Source: a virus | Lineage: Duplodnaviria > Caudoviricetes | Reading direction: 5' to 3' (one strand) | Virus record (IMG/VR): IMGVR_UViG_3300045738_001973 | Coordinates: 1 to 52,561 of that record | Length of the DNA stretch: 52,561 nucleotides | Part shown: one piece after another, positions 25,317 through 35,734 of the stretch | Layout of the letters: the number at the start of each line of letters is the position of its first letter | Numbering within the stretch: the stretch's first letter is position 1 | Position numbers and translations under genes: made by a program | Notes under the pieces: generated by a model | Told to the model about the DNA's origin: nothing | The model's input: only the letters and a program-made list of their open reading frames with translations | Databases searched by the model: none

Positions 25317-26595
25317 ATGACCAAATTAGTCCTGCTGCTTTTTTTGCTTCCGTTAGCGCTTGACTATAAAACTACCGGTGGGCTGCCTCATGGCCCACAG
25401 TACATTCTTGTTGCTTTAACGACCTTAATCGGGCTCGCATCGCTCGTACCTCGCCCCAAGGCTGGCCTTAAACTTGACGCTTCCCCTGCTACACTTGTAA
25501 TTCTACTAACGATTCTAGGCAGCATAATCTCCTGTCGAATTAACGAAATCCCGCTGGATCGCTACATTCGAGTTGCTTTGCCATTCCTCCTTTTCGCGCT
25601 GGGGTATTTTGTCGCACTAAAGATAATGAAGACGCGCTACCGCGAGACGATGATTAGAACTGCAATCACGGGCTGTTTTATTTTCCTTCGCCTACGGCCT
25701 AATCACTACAGGGTCTCTGTCCGAAATGCGCTACCAAATTGTATCTCCCGTTCACCTCCTCGCCCAGTCAGCGGTGTTTTACTACTTACTCATTGAACGG
25801 CGATGGTCAAAGAGCAATATATTCATGTTGATATTTACGCTTTCAGTGACGCTGATAAGCGTTACTAGAAGTCTTTTCCTTGCCACTATGGCGATCACTT
25901 TGCTGGCGGCTTTATTACGAAAAGGAACCTTGCGGAACTTCTTAAAATCAGTCAATGGGCTAACAATAACGTCTGCGATTGCCGGCGCACTGCTAGTAAC
26001 TTACTTTGCCTTCCCGGAGGTTGCGCTACGCTGGGTTGAGAGGCTAACGATGGCCAGGTCTGATAACGGAATGGACCTTACCACCCTAACCCGTCTAGCC
26101 GAGATCGATAACCAGCTAGCCCAATGGTCGGCCAGCACAACTACGATATTTTTTGGGAAAGGGCTGGGAGCGACCTATGAATTGTCGGCACTAGCAGGCC
26201 TGGAAGGCCTGCTATCAACGGACGCATACGACGGGAGAATGGATTGGTTCGCTGGTCACAACTTTTGGGTGTATTCGCTCTTTTCGGGTGGACTGCTTTT
26301 CGGCATCGCGCTGCCATTGGCCATCCTTTATTACTTTATTCGATCTGCCTTCTTTTGCAGACGCACTCTCAGTGCAAGCTCATCATCTGAGATTAAGGAG
26401 CTTGCGCTCGGCACAATTGCAACATCCTCCATGATCCTTGCAACAATAGGGGGAAACCCTCTGGGCGCTCGCTATAGCGGTCTGCTTTACGGAGTATTCT
26501 TCGCCGTCATGGTATATCGCTATAAAACATGCTCGCGTACTCGCGACCACCGCTCCAGTGGACACCCAAACACGCTGACCGACAACCTAACCTAA
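25317..26595 (+). pseudogene. Frameshifted polytopic membrane protein, Wzy/O-antigen-ligase-like
   Basis: Two overlapping hydrophobic ORFs join across 25654-25683; SVTRS, periplasmic loop, FFGKGLG and HN motifs. Confidence 0.7.
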
Positions 26596-26626
26596 TCAGT
26601 AAAAGAGCTTACACCATTCCCTTGCA

Positions 26627-28825
26627 TTACTTCAGCATTATGGTGCCAGTAAACTCCACGTCATAAGTCACAGCCTTGTTAGCACCTGCCGATGCGACCG
26701 CAACCTGTATATTATTTCCAGACATAACGGGGGCGGTCATAGATATAGTCGGCGCATCTGTAGCTAGTGTGGTTAGTGTTAGAGTGGTTCCGTTCCATTC
26801 TACTCGCCACGTTCTCGCACCCTGCGCTACGCCGTCAACTGTTCTCGCTGTGGCGTAAAGTATACCGCTGGCGCCTTTACCTAAGTTGAAAGCGGTTGTT
26901 GCTGGCGTTGCGCCAGTGCCGTCTGCAAATAAAGTCAGCGTTGTAGATACATCCTCAACGGGGATTGGAATTATTGCGGTTGTGGTATAGTTACCACCTG
27001 CATTGGCCTCAGTCCTGTTTCCCTTGATTTTAAGTCTTGGTCGATACTGATCAATGCTTATGCCTGCACCGCCGTTGTTGTAGATTATATTCCCCTCTAT
27101 TTCTCCAGCCGACCGCTGACCAATACTAATGCCGTCGCCAACACTATCTCGAATTGTGTTTTTGTGCGCCTTGCTCAATCTTACTTTTCCGTACGTGCTA
27201 GCGTTCCAGCGTATGCCGTGTGTGCCTGACCCAACAATATCATTATTGGAGACGTTAACACCATTTGGTGATGCTACTTTTCTTGAGGCCACGGCAGTTG
27301 CTCCTGTTCCGTCACCGCTAATGGTCACGGCAGGGCTAGAAGTGTAACCACTACCGGCATTGGTAAGGGTGATTGATGTGACCTGCCCGCTAGTTACTGT
27401 GGCAGTAGCAGCAGCCCCAGTACCACCACCGCCCGAAAAACTTACTGTAGCAGACGTGTAGCCAGCACCAGCCACAAGAATATCGACGTAAGAGAGACGA
27501 CCGTACGGAGCGCCAGCTACAAGGTGTATTCCTGCGTCCGCTGCATTAAGCACCTGATTACCAGATACAACTATATCGTTGCCCCCCAAAATATGAATAC
27601 CATCATTGTCCGTCTCACTAGACGTTACTGTTCCATCAATAATATTACCCACCACAGTTACATTACTGGCGTCATCTTCGATGTGGATACCTCGCCCCCT
27701 AGTCCCACGAACAGTATTAGACGTAATAGCTACGTTTGTAGCACCAGCGACACCGATACCTAGTGATAAATCTTCGAGGGAAGCACTATCCATGTTAATA
27801 ATATTACCGTTTACAACGAAGCCTCGCCCTGCTTGAAATACAGGGAATGGTCGAGGCGTTGTGCCTAAAATTAAGTTGATAGGGAAGTTAAGCTCCACCC
27901 CATCAGCCTTGATACCGCTCATAATGTTGTTAGATATAAGTACATCTTCGGAATCGTACGCCTCTGCATTAAAAAGGACTCCGTAGAGCGCGTCGTCCAT
28001 GCGATTGCTTTCGATTCTAATCCTCTTTATGCCGAGGCGGTTGGCAGATATAGCTTGCATCCTGAAGCCAGAATCAGAGCTGATTTTGTTGCGAATAATA
28101 TCTACATCAACCGCATTGGCTGCGAGGGTTATGCCAGTACAACCTGAGGTGTGATTATTGACAATTCCTGAGCCTTCGATCCGGTTATTCCCAGTGAGTG
28201 TTATGAAATCCACAACTCCTGGCGTTGCTTTAAGGGTTGCGCCTGTGGACGCAATGCTTTTGCCAACAGGAACGCTCAAGGCGCCACATAAGTACGTTTT
28301 TGACTCATCCAGCATGTGAAGTGTGCGTACTCTTGGGTCAGCGAAAGCCTCAACTATTGCTGCTGTATCATTAGCCGCGCCATCGCCTACGCCTCCGTAC
28401 ATTTCAGGAGTAACTAGATAGTCGATTGCGCGCCACAAACTCCCTGACCATTGAAAATTCCCCACTCCGGGGACATAACGTACATCTTCAGTAGAAGTCC
28501 CAGTGATCGTGATCAACTCCGCCAGCGTCGCGACGGTTTTGATAGTCCCACTAACCGCATCAACCACCTCATCTACATCAATAATGCTGATCCGAATTCG
28601 ATAATCGCGCAGTAATGATTTAAACCTTAAGTCGTAACTCCCCGTTGGCCCGGTAAACTGCACCAAGCCATTCCCGTCTGCCTTAAACGGGTTATCAATA
28701 TCATTCCCGTCTTTGTCTTTTACGCCAGTCGCTAATGTTTCCGTACCAGCCAAATACAAGTATACGTCGCAAAATGGAATGAGTTTCTGTTCCTTTGTAA
28801 ACGCAAAATAATTTTTAACTTCCAT
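26627..28825 (-). CDS. Tailspike/depolymerase (parallel beta-helix)
   Basis: [20 protein letters not shown] plus many 'V.I..N.I' beta-helix repeats; follows gpI. Confidence 0.85.
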   Translation of the reverse strand: MEVKNYFAFTKEQKLIPFCDVYLYLAGTETLATGVKDKDGNDIDNPFKADGNGLVQFTGPTGSYDLRFKSLLRDYRIRISIIDVDEVVDAVSGTIKTVATLAELITITGTSTEDVRYVPGVGNFQWSGSLWRAIDYLVTPEMYGGVGDGAANDTAAIVEAFADPRVRTLHMLDESKTYLCGALSVPVGKSIASTGATLKATPGVVDFITLTGNNRIEGSGIVNNHTSGCTGITLAANAVDVDIIRNKISSDSGFRMQAISANRLGIKRIRIESNRMDDALYGVLFNAEAYDSEDVLISNNIMSGIKADGVELNFPINLILGTTPRPFPVFQAGRGFVVNGNIINMDSASLEDLSLGIGVAGATNVAITSNTVRGTRGRGIHIEDDASNVTVVGNIIDGTVTSSETDNDGIHILGGNDIVVSGNQVLNAADAGIHLVAGAPYGRLSYVDILVAGAGYTSATVSFSGGGGTGAAATATVTSGQVTSITLTNAGSGYTSSPAVTISGDGTGATAVASRKVASPNGVNVSNNDIVGSGTHGIRWNASTYGKVRLSKAHKNTIRDSVGDGISIGQRSAGEIEGNIIYNNGGAGISIDQYRPRLKIKGNRTEANAGGNYTTTAIIPIPVEDVSTTLTLFADGTGATPATTAFNLGKGASGILYATARTVDGVAQGARTWRVEWNGTTLTLTTLATDAPTISMTAPVMSGNNIQVAVASAGANKAVTYDVEFTGTIMLK

Positions 28826-28835
28826 TGCGGGCCTC

Positions 28836-29414
28836 TTAAATCGGTATGACGAGTTCGTTTATTACAACGATGGGGTCGAGGTATTGGTCCACAGTCACTT
28901 CTGTGCCGCTGTTGCTGGCGGTGGCCATGCTGGGCTGGTTGCGGGTGGTGACGATGGGCACAATTTCTGTAAGGTGCGACCGCAGGTTTTTGGCGTTGTC
29001 GACCAGTTCTAAAATCACGGCGATGTCGTCGAATTGAATGCCGGTTTGGTCAGTTTCAAAAATCAATTTAAACGTGAATGGGTCGCCTGGTGGGTCTTGA
29101 TTGAACCACTCTTGTACTTTTACGCCTAGGCCTATGGCGGCGAGTGCGCGCTTTACTGCGCCTATGGTGCCTTTGCGCTGGTGTATGGCTAATGAGGCTT
29201 TAATAGCGCCACGCTTTTGGGCGTCGGTCCAGTCGGCCTGCCATGTGTCTACTGAGCTGGCGCTGGCCAGCCATGGCAATAGCTTGTATGGGCAGGTGTC
29301 GGGGTTCCAGACTTCGCGCACTATTACGGGCACATTGCCAATGCGGGCTGTTGTGGCTTCTAACGCCAACTCAAACGCGCTGGCGTTTTTGGGTAGTAGG
29401 CTAGTTTCAGACAC
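28836..29414 (-). CDS. P2 tail protein I
   Basis: SLLP.NA, W.PDTCP..LLPWLA, HQRKGT.GA. Confidence 0.93.
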   Translation of the reverse strand: MSETSLLPKNASAFELALEATTARIGNVPVIVREVWNPDTCPYKLLPWLASASSVDTWQADWTDAQKRGAIKASLAIHQRKGTIGAVKRALAAIGLGVKVQEWFNQDPPGDPFTFKLIFETDQTGIQFDDIAVILELVDNAKNLRSHLTEIVPIVTTRNQPSMATASNSGTEVTVDQYLDPIVVINELVIPI

Positions 29415-30309
29415 TTGGGCTGCCCTCTACTGTGACGACTACGCTGGTGCAGTACGGGGCTTCGCCGTCGGTAATGCTGATATCTGCAACTGGCTGGGTA
29501 AGCGCTACCGATTGCACACCGGGCTGGTGGAGCGCGGCATACACTGCCGATAGTTTTACGTCGAAACCCAGTTTATGAATGGCATCTGCATAGGCTTGGG
29601 CGGCGGCAATGGCGTTGTCGCGCACGGTATTGGCGTCGGGCCCTGGGTAAACGGTGAGCACGGCCTCTATGGTGTAGTTGCTAATGCTGGCCGACAGTAC
29701 GTTTACGGTGTCGGTCATTGGGCGTTTGTCTTCGTCGTTTAGGGCGGTGTCTACGGTGGTTAGTAAAGGTTCGTCGGCAGTGCCGTCGCCGGTGCGGCTA
29801 AGCACATACACGGTTACCTCGCCTTCTATCGCGCTAATGGCGTCGGCGTCTTTTACCTGGGGATCGGCACTTAGGGTGAGCGCAATATAGCTGCCACGGC
29901 TACCGGCGGTGGTTAGGGCTTCGTCGGCGAGCTGTACGCGGCGGCGCAGGTCGTTGTCGGTTTCGTAAACGGCAGGCACTGGCGGTATGGCGTTGGGGTT
30001 GCCGGGGTCGAGCACAAAGCGCGTTAAGTTTTTGTTGGCGGCCAGTTGGTCTAGGTCGCTGCCGCTCGCGTAGGCCAGCATGACGGCGCGGGCGCCGTCG
30101 TTTACGCGCTGGCGAATGCCGAGTTCACGAAACGCCGCCACCTCTAAAATTTTATACGCGGGGTCGGATTCTAGTGGTGCATCAAAATTAGGGTCGCGGC
30201 TGCGAAAGTCACTTAGTATTTCTTGCAGTATGGTTTCGTAGTCCAGCGGTTCTACCACGTTGGGTGCAGGCAGTTGCGATAAGTCGATTGCGGTAAAGGT
30301 GCCGGCCAT
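29407..30309 (-). CDS. Baseplate protein J
   Basis: IDLSQLPAP.VVE.LDYE, ESDP, DLDQL, RP.TD.V.V. Confidence 0.94.
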   Translation of the reverse strand: MAGTFTAIDLSQLPAPNVVEPLDYETILQEILSDFRSRDPNFDAPLESDPAYKILEVAAFRELGIRQRVNDGARAVMLAYASGSDLDQLAANKNLTRFVLDPGNPNAIPPVPAVYETDNDLRRRVQLADEALTTAGSRGSYIALTLSADPQVKDADAISAIEGEVTVYVLSRTGDGTADEPLLTTVDTALNDEDKRPMTDTVNVLSASISNYTIEAVLTVYPGPDANTVRDNAIAAAQAYADAIHKLGFDVKLSAVYAALHQPGVQSVALTQPVADISITDGEAPYCTSVVVTVEGSPSV

Positions 30310-30638
30310 TAGATTTTTACTCCCGTCGACACAAATTTGCCCAGTTCATCTACCCCGTTTATTTCCAGTTGGTATTTACCGGCTTCGCTTGTGCTTACTA
30401 TTGCGCGCTGCAGCGTTAGCCGCGGTTCCCACTTGGCAATGGCATGGGCGGTGGCGGCATACAAGCGCAGTTTGGTGGCGGGGTTTAGGGGTTGGTCTAT
30501 GAGCATGGGCACCAGGCTGCCGTAGTCGCGGCGCATCACCCTCGAACCCAGTGGCGTGCTAATGATGTCGGCAAGGGATTGCTGCAGGTGCGCTGCGCCT
30601 TCTAGGTGTTTGCCTGTGTTTGCGTTTACGCCCTTCAT
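30309..30638 (-). CDS. Baseplate protein W (gp25-like)
   Basis: TPLGSRVMRRDYGS, WEPR. Confidence 0.94.
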   Translation of the reverse strand: MKGVNANTGKHLEGAAHLQQSLADIISTPLGSRVMRRDYGSLVPMLIDQPLNPATKLRLYAATAHAIAKWEPRLTLQRAIVSTSEAGKYQLEINGVDELGKFVSTGVKI

Positions 30639-31276
30639 TGCGGTTGATTCGGTATTGCGGTATTGGGCATACCATTGGCATGGTCGTGGCCGTTGTAAAT
30701 AGTGCGGTCGCCAGCCATTGAGCGGGTGCCGTCGCTTACTTCGCCGTCGGCGTGTATGTCACCTGCTGCGGCCATGTCAGCGTCGGTGGTAATGCTGTCG
30801 GTGCTGTGGGTAGTGCCGTTTATGGTTACGTTTCCGTCTATTTCGGTGTCGCCAACAATATGCAATCCGCCGTCGGTAATAATCTCGGTGGTGGCGCCTG
30901 CGGGTAAATTAATAAGCAGTTCTTGGCTGGCGTGGTTGTAACTAAACACCGCGCCGTCGGGCATGTTCTTTACGGTAAGGTCTGGGTCTGTGCTGGGCGC
31001 TGGGTTGGCGGTGCTGTAAAACCCCAGCAAAGCGACGGCATTGCCGATAATACCCGAGGGGCACAACAGCAATACTTGTTCGCCCACGTCGGCTTGCGAC
31101 CAGTAGCTTTCTGTTGCGGCCCGGCCCGCTTGCCATTTAATGGGCGGGGTTAAATTGTTTTCGTCGCCGCCAATGGCCACGCGGCACAGCGCGCCGTCAA
31201 CCGAATGGACTGTGCCCAGGTTGATCATGTTGGCGATACGACGCTGCAGGTCGCTGATGATTTCGAGTTCGTTCAT
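30635..31276 (-). CDS. Baseplate spike protein V
   Basis: VGEQVLLLCPSG, PDGA.F.Y, C-terminal HDH. Confidence 0.92.
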   Translation of the reverse strand: MNELEIISDLQRRIANMINLGTVHSVDGALCRVAIGGDENNLTPPIKWQAGRAATESYWSQADVGEQVLLLCPSGIIGNAVALLGFYSTANPAPSTDPDLTVKNMPDGAVFSYNHASQELLINLPAGATTEIITDGGLHIVGDTEIDGNVTINGTTHSTDSITTDADMAAAGDIHADGEVSDGTRSMAGDRTIYNGHDHANGMPNTAIPNQPQ

Positions 31277-31324
31277 AGCCTTGATTGTTTATTATTTCTG
31301 CGCGCGCGTAGTGGTTGTGGCGGT

Positions 31325-31341
31325 GTAAAGCGGGGGCTTAC
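31325..31341. promoter_or_regulatory. Late-promoter activator site upstream of V
   Basis: GTAAAGCGGGGGCTTAC. Confidence 0.6.
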
Positions 31342-31352
31342 TGCTGGCGGGG

Positions 31353-31805
31353 CTATCGCGCCGTTAGGTGCTGGCTTACTAGGGTTTCGATTGCGCTTAG
31401 GTCGGCGTCGGACAAACCCAGCAATTCACGTTTGGCGTATTTCACCAGCGGGCCGCCCTTTTCTACTTCGGCAATTAAGCCGCGCTGGTGCACATTGGCA
31501 ATTTGCGCAATGCGACCGCTAAAGCCCACGGCGGCCTCACTTGGGCTGCTGCGGTATTTAAGGTGTTTGCGGTTGCGAATGCGGGCAAACATAGCGCGCT
31601 GACGAATGCCCTTTTGTTTTTGGCGGGGTTTTCTGGCTTCAAAGGCGCTGCCGTCGGGGTTTTGCTGGGCGGCAATGCGTTGGCCTTGGGACTTTTGCAA
31701 ATGCTGGGCAATGGCCCGAAATAAGCGGTGACGCTGTGCAGGCCCTAGGGGTGCTAGGGCCGCGTTTAACCAGTCGTTTATGCTTTGGTCGGTGTATTGC
31801 GCCAC
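31353..31805 (-). CDS. Tail completion/virion morphogenesis protein S
   Basis: RIAAQQNPDGS, VHQ.G, RELLG. Confidence 0.92.
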   Translation of the reverse strand: MAQYTDQSINDWLNAALAPLGPAQRHRLFRAIAQHLQKSQGQRIAAQQNPDGSAFEARKPRQKQKGIRQRAMFARIRNRKHLKYRSSPSEAAVGFSGRIAQIANVHQRGLIAEVEKGGPLVKYAKRELLGLSDADLSAIETLVSQHLTAR

Positions 31806-31808
31806 GGC

Positions 31809-32276
31809 CTACTCGCCTGACTCTAGCCAGCTTGCCACTGGGTCTGGGTCTGGGTGTATATACAGTTCCCAATTTGTTGCACTAAGCGGGCAGATATCGA
31901 TAGGTTTTACGCCGTTGTGCACTAGCTGCATGCCGCCTTCTACCAGGTTGGCGCCAACGTTTTCTTCTAGGGTTAAGATCAGCTCTACATCGGCGGTTTT
32001 GTGGTCGATTATGTCGGCATTAAACCTTATTGGGGTGGTTGCGTGGTTGGCATTATTGGCGGCCAGCCATTGCAGCACAATAAAAAACAGCATGTCGGCG
32101 TGGTCTGTGTAGTCGGTAACAATGATTTTGGCGTCGTAGCGAATACTAAAATGGCCGTTTAAGTCGCCTTGGTGGCTGGTAATTTGGCCGTCGTTGGCAA
32201 AGGTTAAAAGGTTGTCTGCCTTAATTTTTAACGGGCTGTTTAGTATGTGCTTGCGCAGCTCTGCTAGCAGTTCCAT
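31809..32276 (-). CDS. Tail completion protein R
   Basis: Position and F.ADI.D...D....LTL.E.V motif. Confidence 0.85.
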   Translation of the reverse strand: MELLAELRKHILNSPLKIKADNLLTFANDGQITSHQGDLNGHFSIRYDAKIIVTDYTDHADMLFFIVLQWLAANNANHATTPIRFNADIIDHKTADVELILTLEENVGANLVEGGMQLVHNGVKPIDICPLSATNWELYIHPDPDPVASWLESGE

Positions 32277-32546
32277 TTATGGCCCCAACAGCTCTTTTAG
32301 GCCTTGGACAATGCCAATGCCTAGGGTCGATATAATGCCGGTCACAATGGCGCCCCACACTGCCATGCGCGTGTATTTGGCCACGGCTTCGCTGGCGCGG
32401 CGCTGGCTGTCGAGGTACAGCATGTTGCGCTGTATATCGATAGGGTTGCCGGTATCAAATCCTAATGAGGTGAGCGTGTCTTTAACCGCTTTGCTGGCCG
32501 TTTTGTCGACAAGCTCTTGCACCTCTTCTTTGGACATTTGCTGCAT
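32277..32546 (-). CDS. Putative holin / single-TM membrane protein
   Basis: C-terminal TM helix; lies in the lysis cassette. Confidence 0.5.
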   Translation of the reverse strand: MQQMSKEEVQELVDKTASKAVKDTLTSLGFDTGNPIDIQRNMLYLDSQRRASEAVAKYTRMAVWGAIVTGIISTLGIGIVQGLKELLGP

Positions 32547-32554
32547 AAAAACCC

Positions 32555-33109
32555 CTATCGCATTACCGCCGCCATTTTGGCAACGGTTAAGGCGGTATTG
32601 AATATGGCGTTGAGTTGTTCCATGTCAGCCGCCCCGCTGCTTATTCGCTCGCGTAAATTATGGTACGCGGCATTGGCGGCAAGGGCTTGGCGGTTGAGGG
32701 CCATTAATTTTTGTTGCACCGGCGCGGGGTAGTCTGGCCAGTGGTCTACGGCCAAGGTGCGCAAAGTGAAATACGCAGTGTAGAGCTGCCAGTATTCGGT
32801 ATCGACATTGGCAATGGCCGACAGCAGTTTTTCGGGGTCGTCGGCCAGTGCTTGGTATTGGGCGCGCTTGGCTTCCAGTTGATGCACCACCATTTTAAAT
32901 TTGGCTTTTTCGTCGTCGGTAAAAAACGTGGCCATGGTGTCGGCACTGTTTAAGCCTTGGTCTACGGTAACAATAAACTCAGTGAGCGCGGCCACGTCGG
33001 CGGCGGTGCTTAGGGCTTTGTTACTGCTGCAGGCGGGCAAAATTAACATTACCGCCAGCGCGATAATTGAATAAAACAGGGGTTTTATGCTGATTCGGGC
33101 ATTAAACAT
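32555..33109 (-). CDS. Helical lipoprotein (184 aa, start MFNARI)
   Basis: Lipobox LPA-C after a hydrophobic stretch; overlaps the lipase stop. Confidence 0.7.
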   Translation of the reverse strand: MFNARISIKPLFYSIIALAVMLILPACSSNKALSTAADVAALTEFIVTVDQGLNSADTMATFFTDDEKAKFKMVVHQLEAKRAQYQALADDPEKLLSAIANVDTEYWQLYTAYFTLRTLAVDHWPDYPAPVQQKLMALNRQALAANAAYHNLRERISSGAADMEQLNAIFNTALTVAKMAAVMR

Positions 33110-33743
33110 GGGCTTTTTTCTCCAAATTATGAATATAAGTGCTAATGCTGTGGCCTTTGGCACCACTTAGTTGGGTGCGGGGCACAGTTGGGTGGTCCCA
33201 CGGCGGCGTGAATTTAATCCAGTCGCGTGGGTTGATGTAGCTAACAGTGGGAATACACAGCGTTTGAAAATAGTCGCGGCTTGTTTTTGAGCGGCTAGCA
33301 GGCTCGCCAAACATAACGAGCTGGTTAATGATTTTGCCGCGCTCGACCAGCATTTGGGCAATGTGGCTGGCTTCGGCTGCGCCTTTGCTGTGGCCGCTTA
33401 GGTAAATGGGCTTGTCTGGCAGCGCGCCACTAAAGGTGGTTACCCAGCGCAGCGCACTTAGGTAAAAGCCACGGTGCACTCGGCCACGGCGGGTTTGCAT
33501 GCGGTAAAAACGCAGGTCGCGGAATATGTCGCGCAGGTTTAAGGCCGCGCCGATCACCGCGCGCAGTGACCACGAGGCGGGCTTAAGGTCGGCTATTTCG
33601 GTTCCGCGCACAGCCAAGTGAATGGCGTGGCCAACGTCGACCATGAGCACGTCCACTTCTGAAATGCTAAACGTGGTGCGGGTGTAGCTTATTTCGCAGA
33701 GCTCGGCCACTGCCTGGTGGTTGCATGAGTTATTTACAGACAT
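33102..33743 (-). CDS. Class-3 lipase (alpha/beta hydrolase)
   Basis: AVRGTE, VHRGF, SGHSKG nucleophile elbow, FGEP, and a late His. Confidence 0.85.
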   Translation of the reverse strand: MSVNNSCNHQAVAELCEISYTRTTFSISEVDVLMVDVGHAIHLAVRGTEIADLKPASWSLRAVIGAALNLRDIFRDLRFYRMQTRRGRVHRGFYLSALRWVTTFSGALPDKPIYLSGHSKGAAEASHIAQMLVERGKIINQLVMFGEPASRSKTSRDYFQTLCIPTVSYINPRDWIKFTPPWDHPTVPRTQLSGAKGHSISTYIHNLEKKAHV

Positions 33744-34257
33744 TGGCGCCGCCCTCTACTTTAGCCATGGCAAGCGAATAGCAATCTAGGGCGCGGCCAA
33801 ACCAGCCAGCGCCAAAGCGTGGGTAGGTTTTTAAGCGGGCGTAGTGTTGTTGGCGGCTGATGGTAATAGCGCGAATTATCGGCTCGGGCCGGACCTTGCT
33901 GGCGGCTAATAATGTTTTTGAGCCTATAACCCCGTCTACTTTTACCTTGAGCGCGGCTTGCAGCCAGCGGGCGGCGTCGTCTATGCCACTGGGTATGGCT
34001 GCGTCGAATACGGCAATGTCTAGGCCGCTGGGGAGTTCTGGGCAGCGGCATTTATCCCAAAATTGAGCGCGGTAAAACTCGCGGGCTTGATCCCAACTTG
34101 GCGGGCCGTTTTGCCACATTTTGGGGTGGTAAACACTGCTAATGCCGTAACGGGTTTTACCGCCGGCGTCGGCTGGGTCGTCTGATTCGCAGCCTTCTTT
34201 TTTCATGGAAAATTCAAAGGCGGTATTAAAATTGTCCATGGCATTAATCCCACACAT
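33730..34257 (-). CDS. Endolysin, GH108-like with PG-binding domain
   Basis: EG..DDPAD.GG.T.YGI, LQ.AL.VKVDGVIG.KT, FG.GW..R. Confidence 0.88.
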   Translation of the reverse strand: MCGINAMDNFNTAFEFSMKKEGCESDDPADAGGKTRYGISSVYHPKMWQNGPPSWDQAREFYRAQFWDKCRCPELPSGLDIAVFDAAIPSGIDDAARWLQAALKVKVDGVIGSKTLLAASKVRPEPIIRAITISRQQHYARLKTYPRFGAGWFGRALDCYSLAMAKVEGGANVCK

Positions 34258-34450
34258 TGAGCGTTTTGGCGGTTTGCTGCGCGGGGATCTCGGGCAGTGT
34301 TACCAGCAAACCACTGGGCAAAATGGGGCCTAAATCGGCTAGGCGCGGGTTTAATTCAAACAGTTGCTCGGTAACGCCAGCGGTGCGGCCTAGTTCGCGA
34401 TGACAAATAAGGTCGGCGGTGTCACCTTGCACGGTGCGAATTTGGCGCAT
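34244..34450 (-). CDS. Tail protein X
   Basis: QGDT.DLIC.R..NP.LADLGPILP.G..VWD. Confidence 0.93.
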   Translation of the reverse strand: MRQIRTVQGDTADLICHRELGRTAGVTEQLFELNPRLADLGPILPSGLLVTLPEIPAQQTAKTLNVWD

Positions 34451-34932
34451 TAGATAAGCTCCACCACGGTGCCGGCCTGCCCCATGATGGCTCGCACTGC
34501 GCGACGGGCTTCACGCTTAAAGTCGTCTATTGGCTGGCTAAGTTCGTCGGCTTTGTTGTGGCCTGCGCCGGTACTATCGAAGTTGCGCAGGTGTTCTATA
34601 ACGCGGGATTTCCCTAGGTGAAACACGGCAGATTGATAGAGTTTTTCTTGGTGGTTTACGGCGGTTTCGCCGCTGCCATACTCTATGTAGGTCGTTTCTG
34701 CCAGTGTGGCTATGCCGTCGGCCATTTGCGCCATAGCCCAATCGTTAAGGCTGCGATTAACTTCCATGAGTGATAATTGCAGCGCAAGGCGCAAGCGCTC
34801 GGTAGACACGGTTGTGTCTACATCCATGGCGCTGCGAAATTCGGCAGGCACAATGGCTGGGTAAAAATCCAGATTGGGCAGTTCAGCTTCTTCGGCTGGT
34901 GTGGCCTCGCCACTTGGGATAAAACCGCCCAT
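34450..34932 (-). CDS. Head completion protein L
   Basis: Position; D.TGAG..KA ... TVVELI. Start at 34932 chosen by the AGGA RBS. Confidence 0.88.
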   Translation of the reverse strand: MGGFIPSGEATPAEEAELPNLDFYPAIVPAEFRSAMDVDTTVSTERLRLALQLSLMEVNRSLNDWAMAQMADGIATLAETTYIEYGSGETAVNHQEKLYQSAVFHLGKSRVIEHLRNFDSTGAGHNKADELSQPIDDFKREARRAVRAIMGQAGTVVELI

Positions 34933-35037
34933 TGGTACTTCCTTTTTAAATTTGCCCAAATCGCTTAAGAAGGCCCCGACTTTCAGCTTTGACCAATTTC
35001 AAAACCTCCAGCCGGGTCTTCCGTCGGCGGGGCGACC

Positions 35038-35688
35038 CTATTGACTGGCGGCGGCTTTAATTTCCCGCTCCAGCTTTTCAATGTCTTTTTTCACGCCAAC
35101 GGCGTTGTTTAGCTCTAAGGCGCGCTGCAATTCCGTCAATGCGGTGGACTTATCGGTTTCGCGCAGCAGGTAACCAATAGCCTTGTGCAATTTGGCCCGC
35201 ACTTGGTCTGGCATGTCTGATTCTTTGGTTAAATCAGCTACCTCCTCTAGCATTTCTAATGTTATGCCTTCGGTGCCCTTTAGGCTGTAGTCGGCAAACT
35301 CTTCGGCAATCACCGTACCCATTGTGCGCTGGTGCGCGTCTGGGGTTGGCAGCTTGTGCCGCAGGCAATAATCTGCAATCGACAAGGCGCTTTCGTAGTC
35401 GCCGGCATCGATACACCACAACAGCAAGGTGGTTACCACTTCGTCGGCGCCACCGGCATTGGCTTCTAATACGCCGCTTAAGTAGGCGGTGTATTCCGGG
35501 ATAATTTGCTTTTTAAGCTCGATCTTTTTTTCAATACTCTGAATACTTTTTAACTGGCGCTTATGCTCGGCCAGTTGCACCAACTGCCGCTCGTAAGCGG
35601 TGTGGTTTTTAGACTGCGACGGGTCGCTGTTGCGCTCTGCCTCTTGTTTTGCCGCCATGCGCTGGCGGTGCTTTTCTGCTGGTGTCAT
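35038..35688 (-). CDS. Terminase endonuclease subunit M
   Basis: DMPDQVRAKLHKA, GVKKDIEKL. Confidence 0.93.
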   Translation of the reverse strand: MTPAEKHRQRMAAKQEAERNSDPSQSKNHTAYERQLVQLAEHKRQLKSIQSIEKKIELKKQIIPEYTAYLSGVLEANAGGADEVVTTLLLWCIDAGDYESALSIADYCLRHKLPTPDAHQRTMGTVIAEEFADYSLKGTEGITLEMLEEVADLTKESDMPDQVRAKLHKAIGYLLRETDKSTALTELQRALELNNAVGVKKDIEKLEREIKAAASQ

Positions 35689-35734
35689 GTTCGCCCCTTG
35701 TGCTTTATTCGACTGGTGCAGGACTACTAACGCT

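Noticed and set aside
22780-28825. DGR or invertase-type tail-fibre switching
   Set aside because: No reverse transcriptase, invertase or template/variable repeat pair is visible.
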